A DNA stretch of 64,000 nt from Bdellovibrionota bacterium (GCA_050950765.1 JBMNIF010000001.1:140-64139); one strand, 5' to 3'. Shown: positions 22,416 to 33,039, counted from the stretch's first letter. Notes: generated by a model from the sequence alone, not told the origin. Numbers and translations are program-made.

Positions 22416-22652
22416 AACAAAGTCCGATCTTATTTTTTATGTAAAACATTGATAAAAAGTTATGCGGTGATATCGCAAAAATTACTGAAATGTTGTGTGT
22501 TTTTTCTTGGAAAACAGAAAATAGATAAAAAAAGGGAGACTTACGTCTCCCCATAAAACCTAAATAAATCCTAAAAAATCCTTTATCACTGAAGATATAA
22601 CTCTTAGAGAGTGTCTTGCAATATTAAGGGAGAAAAAATTTTATTAAAAAGT

Positions 22653-23327
22653 TTAAATTTCATTTGCAGCATTCAATGTGTGCTCTGTTGTCCTTGTCAT
22701 AGGTGTTTTTCCTTGATAGTCATCCCAGTAGCGCGCTAGCCTTTTGCGTAGCATCATTCTAGAACGGTGTAACCTTGATTTAACTGCGGGAACCGAGAGC
22801 TTTAAAATTTCGCTGACCTCTTGATTTCCCAAACTATCGATGTCGCGTAAGATAAATACGGCACGATATTGTTTCGGTAACTTGTTGATAGCTGCCTCAA
22901 GTACTTCACGTAATTCACGATTCATGCTGATAGTATCAGAACGGGATAGAAATGAGCTTTCCTGTTCCATATAATGTTGACGCATAAACGGGGAAAGATC
23001 TTCTATCGAAATGTTCGGATGTTGTTTGCGTTTACGTAATTTCATAAATGCAGCATTCGCAATAATTCTGTATAACCAACTTGAAAAAGCTGATTTGCCC
23101 TGAAAGCCGCTGAGCTTTTTATAGAGAGTTGTAAAAACATCTTGTAAAACCTCTTCTGCGTCTTCTTGGTTTCTAGTAAAGCGTAATGCTAAGTTAAAAA
23201 CTTTTGATTCATAACGAGTTACTAATTCTTCGAAAGCTTCGATTGAACCTTGATTGAATTTTTCAATCAATTCATTATCAGAGATCTTTTTTACTTTGTT
23301 TGTGTTTTCTTTTAATTGCATAACCAT
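22653..23327 (-). CDS. ECF (sigma-70 family) RNA polymerase sigma factor
   Basis: Region 2 (FEELVTRYESKVFNLALRFTRNQEDAEEVLQDVFT) and region 4 (QYRAVFILRDIDSLGNQEVSEILKLSVPAVKSRLHRSR). Confidence 0.8.
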   Translation of the reverse strand: MVMQLKENTNKVKKISDNELIEKFNQGSIEAFEELVTRYESKVFNLALRFTRNQEDAEEVLQDVFTTLYKKLSGFQGKSAFSSWLYRIIANAAFMKLRKRKQHPNISIEDLSPFMRQHYMEQESSFLSRSDTISMNRELREVLEAAINKLPKQYRAVFILRDIDSLGNQEVSEILKLSVPAVKSRLHRSRMMLRKRLARYWDDYQGKTPMTRTTEHTLNAANEI

Positions 23328-23754
23328 TTTTTTCTAGCCCTTATCATCCTTAAAATTTTTGCAAGAAAATGTGCTGCGATATCTTCTCCCTCAGCACGCA
23401 AACGATTCTGCACTATTCAAAAAGGGCAGTTGTCATGAGTTCGTCAAAAGGTTGTACTTTTTATGTATTTTGTTTGTAACGATTTTGTAAAAAACAGCCA
23501 CTTGTTGCGTTCTTGCAGCACCGTTTTGTGGCAAAAACGCAGCAGAGCCCTCCGATAATCTTAATATATTCAATAAGTTATTTCGCTAAAAAGGTTGGTA
23601 CAGAAGTTCCATTAGAACCCTTTCAAATGTTGCTGCGGGTATTCTACGTGTAAAGAAGTTATGTGCGGCCACACCGCTTTCCATTTGGAAAAGTAGTCTT
23701 GCTGGAGTCTAAAACTCAATACCTGCGGCATTTTTGTGTTGAAAGGAGTTGTAA

Positions 23755-24375
23755 ATGTTAAACACAATTTGTGTCGAGTCGGAGAGGAATAGATTAGTTG
23801 TTGAACATATGAGTTATGCCAGAAAAGTGGCTTGGTATTTAGTAAAAAAATACAATTTGCCAGAATCTTGGGTGGAAGATTGTTTTGCTGAGGCTGTTTT
23901 AGCTTTAGTGGAGATAGCAGGGCGTTTTGATGAAAAACGCGATATAGACTTCAGTGCCTTCTGTTATGCACGTGTTAGAGGTGCAATTATCGATCATATT
24001 AGACGAACATTTTCACCTTCAGGGAAAAGAACAAGACGCTCAAATGATGGGGTTAATTTTGCAACAGATAAAGATTATTTTGAATACGAAGATCAACAAG
24101 GGAATGTCGATTTTTATAGTTTGGAAGGATCGCCTGAATCTTTTATGTCGTTAAAGGAAACAGGTTCTGAAATAAAGAAGATGATGAAAAAGTTAACGGA
24201 GCAGGAGCGTTTTGTAATATATCATCATTATATGCTTGGAAAAAAATTTGTAGAGATATCAAGAGAGTTGAAGTTGGGAGCTAGTTGGATAAGCCGTATT
24301 CATAGTAGTGCGATTAAAAAAATGAGGGTAGCACACCCCTGCTATAACAATGCAGCAAGCGTTCAAGCCTCTTAA
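23755..24375 (+). CDS. second sigma-28/FliA-like sigma factor paralog
   Basis: Region 2 (YARKVAWYLVKKY...AVLALVEIAGRFDEKRDIDFSAFCYARVRGAIIDHIRR) and a region-4 HTH (LTEQERFVIYHHYMLGKKFVEISRELKLGASWISRIHSSAIKKMR). Confidence 0.65.
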   Translation: MLNTICVESERNRLVVEHMSYARKVAWYLVKKYNLPESWVEDCFAEAVLALVEIAGRFDEKRDIDFSAFCYARVRGAIIDHIRRTFSPSGKRTRRSNDGVNFATDKDYFEYEDQQGNVDFYSLEGSPESFMSLKETGSEIKKMMKKLTEQERFVIYHHYMLGKKFVEISRELKLGASWISRIHSSAIKKMRVAHPCYNNAASVQAS

Positions 24376-24594
24376 CATCCGATACGGCGATAGGTAGCAC
24401 ACCTCTATAACGTGTAGCGAGCTTTTTTCGCCGTAGAATTCCTATGCTGTGACGTGTAGTAGCTCCCAAGTATAACAGTATAGTGATGTTTAAAGCACAT
24501 GTTTTACATAAATTTAAGCTTGTGATAAGCGTTGAGGCGTTATGTCGCTCCCCTTTATATCGTTCAATCGGAAGGACCTTTTGTAGGAGCTTAA

Positions 24595-25443
24595 GTGATG
24601 CCTGTTCCTGATTATGCAGCTGATTATTTCGTGTGGGATGTTAGCCCTGAACTATTTTCAATAGGACCTATTGTGATCCGTTGGTACGGTTTGCTCTTTG
24701 CTTGCGGATTCCTCTTCGGTTTTCAATTGATGGGTTGGATTTATAAACGCGAAGGAAAGCCTGTGCAGGATCTGGATAGACTTTTCATTTATATGGTTTT
24801 AGGAACAGTTATTGGCGCACGTTTAGGACACTGTTTGTTCTATCATCCGAGCTATTACTTAACACATCCTCTTGAGATCTTGATGGTTTGGCACGGCGGG
24901 TTAGCAAGTCACGGCGCAACGATCGGAATCTTATTAGCGTTGTATTTATACTGTCGGAAAGCAAAAGATCAGCCGTATTTATGGTTAGTTTCGCGCATGA
25001 CATTGATTGTGGCGCTCGCTGCAATTTTCATCAGGATAGGTAATTTCTTTAATTCTGAGATAATAGGCATCCCTTCAGATCTACCGTGGGCAGTCCTGTT
25101 TGTTAGGAATCATGAGTTCGGTGCAATTGTGCCGAGACATCCAGCGCAGCTATATGAATCTTTCGCCTACTTCTGGATCTTTATTATCCTTATGCTTACC
25201 TATATTAAGTGCGGAAAGGATACTCAGCCGGAGCTATTGTTAGGGCTTTTCTTTACATTGGTTTTTAGTGCGCGTTACTTGATAGAGTTTGTAAAAACAA
25301 TTCAGAGTGGCTTTGAAAATTCTATGACTTTGCACATGGGACAACTTTTAAGCTTACCACTTATTTTGTTTGGTCTATATATGTTGTTCTTAGCTTATCG
25401 AAATAGGAAAAAAAGTTCTCATGCGGCTGTTACTAAAAAATAG
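24595..25443 (+). CDS. lgt: prolipoprotein diacylglyceryl transferase
   Basis: Seven-TM Lgt pattern with the conserved MVWHGGLASHGATIG motif and a YGLLFACGF start. Confidence 0.85.
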   Translation: MMPVPDYAADYFVWDVSPELFSIGPIVIRWYGLLFACGFLFGFQLMGWIYKREGKPVQDLDRLFIYMVLGTVIGARLGHCLFYHPSYYLTHPLEILMVWHGGLASHGATIGILLALYLYCRKAKDQPYLWLVSRMTLIVALAAIFIRIGNFFNSEIIGIPSDLPWAVLFVRNHEFGAIVPRHPAQLYESFAYFWIFIILMLTYIKCGKDTQPELLLGLFFTLVFSARYLIEFVKTIQSGFENSMTLHMGQLLSLPLILFGLYMLFLAYRNRKKSSHAAVTKK

Positions 25444-25458
25444 TTCGGTAAGGGTAAG

Positions 25459-26076
25459 GTGATAATGGATCGAACCTTAATGTTGTACACACTTCCGTTT
25501 ATTGCGGCGCTAATTGGTTGGATCACCAATTATGTAGCTGTGCGGATGCTTTTTAGACCGAGAAAACCGTATAAGATCTTTTTTTATACTTTGCAGGGTG
25601 TCTTCCCAAAAAGGCAGAAAGAGCTAGCTAAACAGGTGGCGGATATCTTCGTAAGTGAGTTTTTAGATAGTAAAGATTTAAAGGAGAACTTAGGGCGTGT
25701 ACTCCGTTCCGCCGATCTAAAACGTATGATTGATCTGCACATACAAGGTGTAATTAAAAATAAAGTTGCTACTTTTTTACCGATATTGCCGAGACATTAT
25801 GCTAATTCTTTAGTGGATAAGATCGGTTTTGCTTATAAAGATGAGTTGGATCCTTTGATGGAGACGATTATACATCGGATCTTAGAAAGCCCTGATGTTG
25901 TTCCAGATATTCGGAATTTAATTGAGGATAGGATTGCAAACTTCTCTGTGGAAAAGTTGGAACTTCTCTGTGAAGGTGTTTTACACAAAGAGTTTCGCTT
26001 TATTGAGCTAGTCGGTGCAGTGCTAGGCTTTATTGTTGGCGTAATTCAGATGCTAATAGCCTACCTCTCATATTAG
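25459..26076 (+). CDS. DUF445-family membrane protein
   Basis: N-terminal TM followed by the WITNYVAVRMLFRP motif characteristic of DUF445. Confidence 0.5.
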   Translation: MIMDRTLMLYTLPFIAALIGWITNYVAVRMLFRPRKPYKIFFYTLQGVFPKRQKELAKQVADIFVSEFLDSKDLKENLGRVLRSADLKRMIDLHIQGVIKNKVATFLPILPRHYANSLVDKIGFAYKDELDPLMETIIHRILESPDVVPDIRNLIEDRIANFSVEKLELLCEGVLHKEFRFIELVGAVLGFIVGVIQMLIAYLSY

Positions 26077-26191
26077 TCTTTGCTACTTTCCCGATAACGT
26101 TGCCTTTTGCTATAATAATAACTTGTTAAATGAAGTTGCTTTGATTGTAGAGGCAGCTCTTAAGATAGTTAGCTTTGTTTATAAGGTCAAA

Positions 26192-26656
26192 ATGCTTAAG
26201 TATATCAACGTGGCTCAAGGACCGATGGGGCCGTATTCTCAAGCTGTAATAGTAGGGGAGTTGGCGTTTGTTTCAGGACAACTTCCGCAAGATCCGAAGA
26301 CAGGTTTAATCTGCGGTGAAAATATAGAGGAACAAACTGATCGAGCTATGAAAAACTTAGCTGCTATCCTTGGGCAGATGTGTTCTGATTTCTCACACGT
26401 TGTAAAAACAACGATCTATACGACTGATCTCTCGCAGATTCATGTTATTAACAGAGTTTATACTAAGTGGATGGGTGCTGTGCGTCCTGCTAGAACTGTA
26501 TTACAGGTAGCAGCTCTACCGCTGGGAGCTTTTATCGAGATTGAGATGATTATTAAGCTCGGATCTAATGAAGAGTTGATGTTGTTTCAACCGGCAGATG
26601 AAGAGGCTCTCCATGTTAAGAAAACAATGAGTACTCACGAGATGAAGCGATCTTAA
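26192..26656 (+). CDS. ridA: RidA/YjgF-family enamine/imine deaminase
   Basis: VAQGPMGPYSQAVIVGELAFVSGQLP ... ARTVLQVAALPLGAFIEIEMI; start placed at the internal MLKYIN. Confidence 0.7.
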   Translation: MLKYINVAQGPMGPYSQAVIVGELAFVSGQLPQDPKTGLICGENIEEQTDRAMKNLAAILGQMCSDFSHVVKTTIYTTDLSQIHVINRVYTKWMGAVRPARTVLQVAALPLGAFIEIEMIIKLGSNEELMLFQPADEEALHVKKTMSTHEMKRS

Positions 26657-26815
26657 AAAGTGTTTTTGACGTGCCGTTATAGCTATTTATCCAAAGTAAC
26701 AGTGATTGTCTTTAAATGAAATAAAAAAGGTTTTGAAAAACGTTTTTAACGTGCCGTTATAGTTACTTATCCAAAATAAAAGTGACTATTTTTAGACTAG
26801 ATAAAAAAAGGCGGC
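26655..26815. repeat. two tandem ~80-bp direct repeats (aaaargtttttracgtgccgttatag.ta.ttatccaaa..aa.agtga...)
   Basis: Direct repetition visible between ridA and ribH. Confidence 0.75.
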
Positions 26816-26907
26816 ACAGATAAAAAAATAGATGGCACTTGCAAATGTAAAAAAGATGGAGTTTTATAGTGGCGGTCACGGACTGCTTTTTATGGGGGAA
26901 GAGATAG

Positions 26908-27384
26908 ATGAGCGTTATTGAAGGACAACTTTCTGCAAAAGGGATAAAATTTGGTTTAGTTGCGGGACGTTTTAACAGTTTTATGACGGAAAAGCTGATT
27001 GATGGTGCTATGGATGCTATTGTAAGGCACGGCGGAAATAAGGATAACGTTACGTTGGTGTATGTTCCAGGCAGCTTTGAAATCCCGTTAATCTGTAAAA
27101 AAATGGCAAAAAGTGGCTCTGTTGATGCTGTGATCGCAGTTGGTGCAGTTATTAGAGGTAGTACTTATCACTATGAGTTAGTTGCAAATGAATTGGCAAA
27201 AGGGCTTGCGCACGCTTCTTTAGATACGGGGGTGCCCGTTACATTCGGAGTGATTACTGCTGATTCCATTGAACAGGCGATAGAGCGTTCCGGTTCTAAA
27301 GCAGGAAATAAGGGCGCAGAGGCTGCTCTAGCGGCTATTGAAATGGTCAATGTGATTCGAGCTTTAGATGCAGCTAAAAAGTAA
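26908..27384 (+). CDS. ribH: 6,7-dimethyl-8-ribityllumazine synthase
   Basis: [21 protein letters not shown] ... VPGSFEIPL ... [17 protein letters not shown], the classical RibH signature. Confidence 0.9.
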   Translation: MSVIEGQLSAKGIKFGLVAGRFNSFMTEKLIDGAMDAIVRHGGNKDNVTLVYVPGSFEIPLICKKMAKSGSVDAVIAVGAVIRGSTYHYELVANELAKGLAHASLDTGVPVTFGVITADSIEQAIERSGSKAGNKGAEAALAAIEMVNVIRALDAAKK

Positions 27385-27511
27385 TACGCCTACTTAGGGC
27401 GTAACGCACTGTAAAAACAACTTATTAGCCAAAGATTGGAGTGTTGGCACTGTCGATTTATATTGAATTGTTATGACGCAAAAGCCGTGTCTTAGTTGAT
27501 TACTATTTGAT

Positions 27512-28006
27512 ATGAAAACAAGACGAAGAGCCAGAGAAGGTGTATTACAAGGGTTGTATCAGTGTGATGCGTTAGGGGACTGGTCTACTGAGTGCCTCGA
27601 TCTATATTTTTCAACCTTTCAGAAGGAAGCTTTAGCTTCTGAAGATTTAGCACTTCAAGATAACTTGCAATTTGCGCGTAAGTTGGCAGATGGCGTAGTG
27701 GCGTGTCTTGAATTTATTGATACACAGATCTCTTCTGCTTCTGAAAGATGGAGCATCTCAAAAATGAGTCTGGTTGATCGTAATATCTTAAGAATGGCGA
27801 CGTTTGAGATCTTCTTTTTAGATGAGATACCGACTAATGTTACCCTTAATGAAGCGATAGAGATCGCAAAACGTTTCGGCAGCGCAGATACCCCGAACTT
27901 TGTTAACGGTGTCTTAGATAAGATCGCAACTACTGTCGCACTTAATCCGCAACTTAAAGACTCTGATCTTTCGGAAGAGCATAAGTTTTACACCGGATCG
28001 TTTTAA
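27512..28006 (+). CDS. nusB: transcription antitermination factor NusB
   Basis: RRRAREGVLQGLYQ start and the FEIFFLDEIPTNVTLNEAIEIAKRFG core. Confidence 0.8.
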   Translation: MKTRRRAREGVLQGLYQCDALGDWSTECLDLYFSTFQKEALASEDLALQDNLQFARKLADGVVACLEFIDTQISSASERWSISKMSLVDRNILRMATFEIFFLDEIPTNVTLNEAIEIAKRFGSADTPNFVNGVLDKIATTVALNPQLKDSDLSEEHKFYTGSF

Positions 28007-28052
28007 TTAAATATTGATTAGATATTAAATATAGATCAGAGAGAGAGGCGCA

Positions 28053-29879
28053 CTAGCCGCGCACGTTAAACTCTAACTTCCATTTTTTATCACTTTGAGT
28101 GTGATACATCCAAAGCTCCAACATCCCCGTTTCCGTGACGGCTGTATGAATTTGAACGGGTACAACCTCACCCTCATAACCTTCAACTGATGGAAGTGTG
28201 ATCTGTAAGCCAGACAACTCTTCTAAAGATTGTGCAGCATCTTCTATCGTATCTCCGATGGCATCTCCTGCCCGCACTGAAGATGAAAAGAAACGAAACT
28301 CTACCGGTCTCCCTGTGACTAGGCCGAACTCTTTACCCTCAACGCAAAGCTCGCTACCCTCCTCCATGCCTTGTGGTACGATACAGAGACCGTTTAGGGG
28401 TGGCTCATAACTAGGGATAGCTGGCATCGTTGTTTCAACGCCGATATAATAAGAACGCGCTGTTCCAGCATGAATTTTTAAGCCTTTCTTTGAAGCTCTA
28501 ATTGCACCGTATAACGCTGCCCCACGCGCTACTGCCAGATCATAATCAGCACCAGGTAGCTCTTTAACACTGCCACTACTACTCCATGATGATAATAGAT
28601 CGACTACACGTTGTCTTAAAAGTGAAGATTTAAAAACACCACCATTAAAAAGTACCGCATTCGGGATTAAAATTTCATCTGCACTCTCTGCTTGCGGCAC
28701 AACAGCTAGTAGTGCTTCATCAGACCTGATGTTACTTAAACTACGAGAGAGAAAACGAGCCAGATGCTTACTTAGCGCTGGGTCTGCTGCATAACTTAAG
28801 CCGTGTTCTTGTAACCCTGCTGAAACCTTTTCTATTGGAAAATCATCAGCTGCTGTTAATGGAATAAACCCGTCAATTAGAACCTTTTCAATATCCTCTC
28901 TTGTTAAAGTTGTACTAAGCGCTTTTGCAAAGAGACTAGATCCACGTGCCGTAGCAGCAACCGGAATCTCCTGTAAGGAGTCGTCTGATAAGAGCTTTTC
29001 TTTACCCTGACGACAGGCGTGCACTAATGATAATAGCTGCCAGTGGTCAACGCTCTTTCCTTCTGCTTGCAGACGTGCGCGTAAAGTATAAGCCAGAGCT
29101 AGATCCATATTGTCGCCACCAAGCAAAATATGATCTCCGACACTAACACGGCGTAGTTCAAGGTCGCCGTTATTATCTGTGATAGCAATTAAACTAAAGT
29201 CGGCAGTACCACCACCAAGATCACAAACGAGGATGATGTCTCTAGGCTTGATCTGTTTACGCCAAGATCCATCATTTTGACCGATCCAAGCATAAAAAGC
29301 AGCTTGAGGTTCTTCCAAGAGGACAACGTCATCCAGACCTGCTTGTGCTGCAGCTTCATGCGTTAAGCTGCGCGCTACTTCATCAAAAGAAGCAGGCACG
29401 GTTACGATAACCTGACAATCAGAGATAGTTATATCTCTATTGTTGTGGTGCAGATTCATATCAAAAGAGGAGTGAATATGTTGCAGATAGATACGAGTTG
29501 TTTCAAACGGAGAGAGTTTATTCGTAACAGTTTCTGAATTCCACGGTAGAACGGCACCTTTTCGATCGATATGATGATTGGAAAGCCATGATTTCGCTGA
29601 AGCGATTAATCTATCAGGTACGAGAGCGCCGTGATTTCTAGCAAAGATCCCTGTTACATAATCAAAAGACCCCCACGGCAATCTAAAACTATCCTCAGCA
29701 AATTCATTCTTGTTTGGGATGTATAAAGAGGAGGGGAATAGATCGTTTTCACCGATAGTTCCAGGTGAAATTACCTGTGTAATCGGAATTACAGAGAGCG
29801 CATCTTTTTCTGTATCACTAAGCGCCGTAACGCAATTAGACGTGCCTAAATCAATGCCAAGGCAAAACCTCTTATCCAT
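28053..29879 (-). CDS. divergent Hsp70/actin-fold ATPase family protein
   Basis: GIDLGTSNC phosphate-1 motif, ILVCDLGGGTADFSLI phosphate-2/connect motif, 608 aa; lacks a canonical DnaK substrate-binding-domain signature. Confidence 0.55.
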   Translation of the reverse strand: MDKRFCLGIDLGTSNCVTALSDTEKDALSVIPITQVISPGTIGENDLFPSSLYIPNKNEFAEDSFRLPWGSFDYVTGIFARNHGALVPDRLIASAKSWLSNHHIDRKGAVLPWNSETVTNKLSPFETTRIYLQHIHSSFDMNLHHNNRDITISDCQVIVTVPASFDEVARSLTHEAAAQAGLDDVVLLEEPQAAFYAWIGQNDGSWRKQIKPRDIILVCDLGGGTADFSLIAITDNNGDLELRRVSVGDHILLGGDNMDLALAYTLRARLQAEGKSVDHWQLLSLVHACRQGKEKLLSDDSLQEIPVAATARGSSLFAKALSTTLTREDIEKVLIDGFIPLTAADDFPIEKVSAGLQEHGLSYAADPALSKHLARFLSRSLSNIRSDEALLAVVPQAESADEILIPNAVLFNGGVFKSSLLRQRVVDLLSSWSSSGSVKELPGADYDLAVARGAALYGAIRASKKGLKIHAGTARSYYIGVETTMPAIPSYEPPLNGLCIVPQGMEEGSELCVEGKEFGLVTGRPVEFRFFSSSVRAGDAIGDTIEDAAQSLEELSGLQITLPSVEGYEGEVVPVQIHTAVTETGMLELWMYHTQSDKKWKLEFNVRG

Positions 29880-30135
29880 ATTCCTATCTACCTTTCGTTT
29901 GAACCAACAACTGATCGTAACCTGTTATACGTTTTAAAGTAAAAAAAATATTAAAGACGAGCATTATATTACGTTACACATCCAAATAAAAAATTGCATT
30001 CACACTAAAGAGCCGTGCACTCTTTTCTAAAAACAGATCGATAACTTGAAAAAGCGTGTCCGTTATATGGAGCACGTTGTTTTAGCTATCTATCTCTGTC
30101 ATTGAGTATAGCGAGTGCGGATACTAAGCTATTTT

Positions 30136-30909
30136 TTAAGCTAGTTCAACTTCCGCAGGGGTAATAACACGGTGTTTTTTGAGCTCTTCTCCTGTTTTTA
30201 CAAGGCGTGGTAAAGTTATCTCTTCTACAATCCAGCCGTGATGTAAAAGGTTACCCTTAAAGGGCGGCTCTCCACCGACTTTGCCGACTAATCTGAATTT
30301 ATCCGTGTCATATCCTGCTTCTAATGAGACGGTGCTACCTTCCGCTGCATCATGGATTGCAGCTATTTTAAAATACTCTTTCAAAACATCAGCGCAACCG
30401 TTGTGCACAACTCTGGCAGCAGCGCCGACCTGTGCATCTGGATAAGTTGTAATATCGTCTTTAAGAAAATCAATTAAGCGACCCTTCCCTTGCAAAAGAG
30501 AGAGGAGGTTTACAAGCTCTGCATCGATCTGGGCATCACGCTCCATAGAGCTTGCCGCAGCGGATTTAGCTTCTTTAAGCTTTCCTAAAACTTCTTGAAG
30601 GGTTGCTTGCAAAGTTTCTTTGCCTTCGATTAAGACCTGATTATCACCACGCAGAGATTCGAACTCTGCAGCAAGACGGGTAGCCATGTCTTCATTTGGC
30701 TCTTCAGGGTACTTCCTAAACTCTGCAAAAAAATCTTGTGGACGGTTTCTGCGTGAGATAAGAGCACTTAGAAAAATAAAAAGAGCGAGAACTGGAATAG
30801 CTAGATCTTTCCAATAAAGCGCATCTTGAGGTAATGAAAAAACAGAAGCAGGGATAAACGGTACTAATCCTAAGATAAGGCACAAAAAAGCCGAAATGAT
30901 AATCTTCAT
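30136..30909 (-). CDS. hypothetical N-terminally anchored membrane protein
   Basis: Two N-terminal TM segments followed by a coiled-coil-like region; no recognisable motif. Confidence 0.35.
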   Translation of the reverse strand: MKIIISAFLCLILGLVPFIPASVFSLPQDALYWKDLAIPVLALFIFLSALISRRNRPQDFFAEFRKYPEEPNEDMATRLAAEFESLRGDNQVLIEGKETLQATLQEVLGKLKEAKSAAASSMERDAQIDAELVNLLSLLQGKGRLIDFLKDDITTYPDAQVGAAARVVHNGCADVLKEYFKIAAIHDAAEGSTVSLEAGYDTDKFRLVGKVGGEPPFKGNLLHHGWIVEEITLPRLVKTGEELKKHRVITPAEVELA

Positions 30910-31379
30910 AAAAAGCCTTTTAGAAAAGAATTTACACGAGGTGTTTTTTAGTAAATAGATCGAAGCGGTGCAAGCAAAACTTCGAATATATGCAAGTATT
31001 TATCAAAAATACATAAAAATCAAATATTTATCTTGGTGGATCACAATCTTTTTAAATGTTGATTAGGGGGAGTGGTTATTAGAGTAGGGAGCCCTTAATT
31101 ATTTAAAGAAAAATTAAGGCATACGGTTTTTTAAAGGAAGTTGTAAAAATGATCGATGCGGAAAAAGATCTTGCAAAGATAAGGTCTGAAAAGTGCCAGC
31201 TAATCGTAGCAAAACTTCCGTTGCTGCTGATTATCACTTTAACAATGTGTTGCTTGATCGGTGTTTGTGGAAACTTGTTGTATACAGGAAAACTTTCAGA
31301 TCTAAACGCTTCATTTTTTATCACGGATGAGTCATATCACAACGTTGCTACTACCCTTTCCCGTATCAGATACTCCAAG

Positions 31380-31612
31380 TAATTTTTTCTACTACCACTC
31401 TTTTCTGTATCAGATACCCCAGATGTTTTTTTCTCACTAACTTTTTACGACAACAAAGTTGTTATTCAAATTTTTTCCTCACCGACTTTTTATGACAAAA
31501 AAATTGTCATCCCTTTTTTCCTCACCGACTTTTTCTGTATCAGATGCTTTAGGCGTTTTTTTCCACACCACATCTTTTCTGTATCAGATGTTTTTGTGTT
31601 GCTCTCTTTTCT
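31380..31612. repeat. tandem array (5 x ~43-45 bp) of the ACAAC/GTTGT repeat family, in reverse orientation relative to 7125-7345
   Basis: Units such as tttttacgacaacaaagttgttattcaaa are the reverse complement of the 7.2-kb units. Confidence 0.8.
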
Positions 31613-31666
31613 TATAACATAAGCCAGTATTAAAAAAATAATGCGACTGGTGTTTTCTTAGCCGTT

Positions 31667-33010
31667 ATGTATGATGCGGGTATGATTATACTTGGACTTG
31701 GTAGCAATTTAGGAAAAAGAGAGGCGTTACTTAGAGAGGCGATTCGAAAAATCAATCACCTTAATGGCGTGCAGGTAAAAAGTGTTTCATTTTTATATGA
31801 ATCTGAAGCTATGTTACTGCCGGATGCTGATCCGTCGTGGAATAAGCCGTTTTTAAATTGTGCACTTTCGATAACTACAAAACTAACACCGCATGAACTT
31901 TTAAAAGGTGTTAAGGAGATTGAGTCTGAATTAGGTAGAGCTTTTAAAGTGGGGCAACGGTGGGCACCACGTCCGATAGATATCGATCTCTTACAGTGGG
32001 ATGATCTGCAGATAAATACGCCTGAATTAACGATTCCGCATATAGGTTTGTTAGAACGTCCCTTTGCGTTGTTACCGCTAGCAGATCTTTATGAGGGTGC
32101 AGGTGCTGTGACACCTCTCGGGAAAGAGCAGATTGAAAGGTGGAGAGGTGCTAAAGATGTGCCGTTTTCAACTGTGCGCAGAGGTTATCTTTATCCGTCG
32201 TGGGTTGGTATCTTAAATCTTACCCCTGATTCTTTTTCTGATGGTGGAGTGTGGCAAGATAGTGCTCTTGAACACGCTGAAGATCTTATTGCAGCGGGGG
32301 CTGATGTAATTGACATCGGTGCTGAATCAACTAGACCTAAGGCGAAGTTGATAACACCTGCTGAGGAGTGGAAGCGTTTAGAAAAGATCTTGCCCTTGCT
32401 GAATGAAAAGATACATAAAAAGGGCGCTATTGTTAGTATTGATACTTATCATCCAGAGACAGCAGAGCGGGCGATAGCGCTTGGTGTAGATTGGATCAAT
32501 GATGTTTCAGGACTTGTATCTGAAAAGATGTTGCAAGTTATTGCAGCAAGTGCTGACGTTAAGTATGTTTTGATGCACGCTCTTTCTGTGCCGCCCAGCT
32601 CGGATATAGTGCTAGCTGATGATGTAGATCTCTTCTCTGAAATATCTACTTTTTTTGAGGGAAAAATTGAAGCGCTGGAGAGGTGTGGCGTTTCGCGGGA
32701 GCGAGTTATCCTTGATCCAGGTTTGGGGTTTGGGAAAAGTGTTGCTCAAAATATGGATCTCGTCAGGCACGCTGAAAGATTACATCAATCTGGGCTTGGA
32801 TTGCCGCTTTTATATGGGCATTCAAGAAAACTATTTATTAAAGATGGTTTAAAATGTGCTACGAGAAATGAACTCGATATAGAGACTGCGGCGATCTCCT
32901 GTGAATTAGCTTTAAAAGGGATCGATTATATAAGGGTGCACGATGTGGCGTTAAATGCAGAAACGCTCCATCACTTCAGTGCTTGCAATAAAATTTGTCG
33001 TTATACCTAA
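31667..33010 (+). CDS. folKP: bifunctional HPPK (FolK) / dihydropteroate synthase (FolP)
   Basis: N-terminal HPPK motifs (LGLGSNLG, RWAPRPIDIDLL) fused to a DHPS pterin-binding domain (GILNLTPDSFSDGG, DIGAESTRP, LDPGLGFGK). Confidence 0.85.
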   Translation: MYDAGMIILGLGSNLGKREALLREAIRKINHLNGVQVKSVSFLYESEAMLLPDADPSWNKPFLNCALSITTKLTPHELLKGVKEIESELGRAFKVGQRWAPRPIDIDLLQWDDLQINTPELTIPHIGLLERPFALLPLADLYEGAGAVTPLGKEQIERWRGAKDVPFSTVRRGYLYPSWVGILNLTPDSFSDGGVWQDSALEHAEDLIAAGADVIDIGAESTRPKAKLITPAEEWKRLEKILPLLNEKIHKKGAIVSIDTYHPETAERAIALGVDWINDVSGLVSEKMLQVIAASADVKYVLMHALSVPPSSDIVLADDVDLFSEISTFFEGKIEALERCGVSRERVILDPGLGFGKSVAQNMDLVRHAERLHQSGLGLPLLYGHSRKLFIKDGLKCATRNELDIETAAISCELALKGIDYIRVHDVALNAETLHHFSACNKICRYT

Positions 33011-33039
33011 ATTTTAAGCACACTTTTTAAAAGCTTTTA

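Noticed and set aside
31103-31382. Two small ORFs (73 and 77 aa) on opposite strands
   Set aside because: They overlap antisense ORFs in an AT-rich intergenic region next to a repeat array, and have no RBS or motif support.
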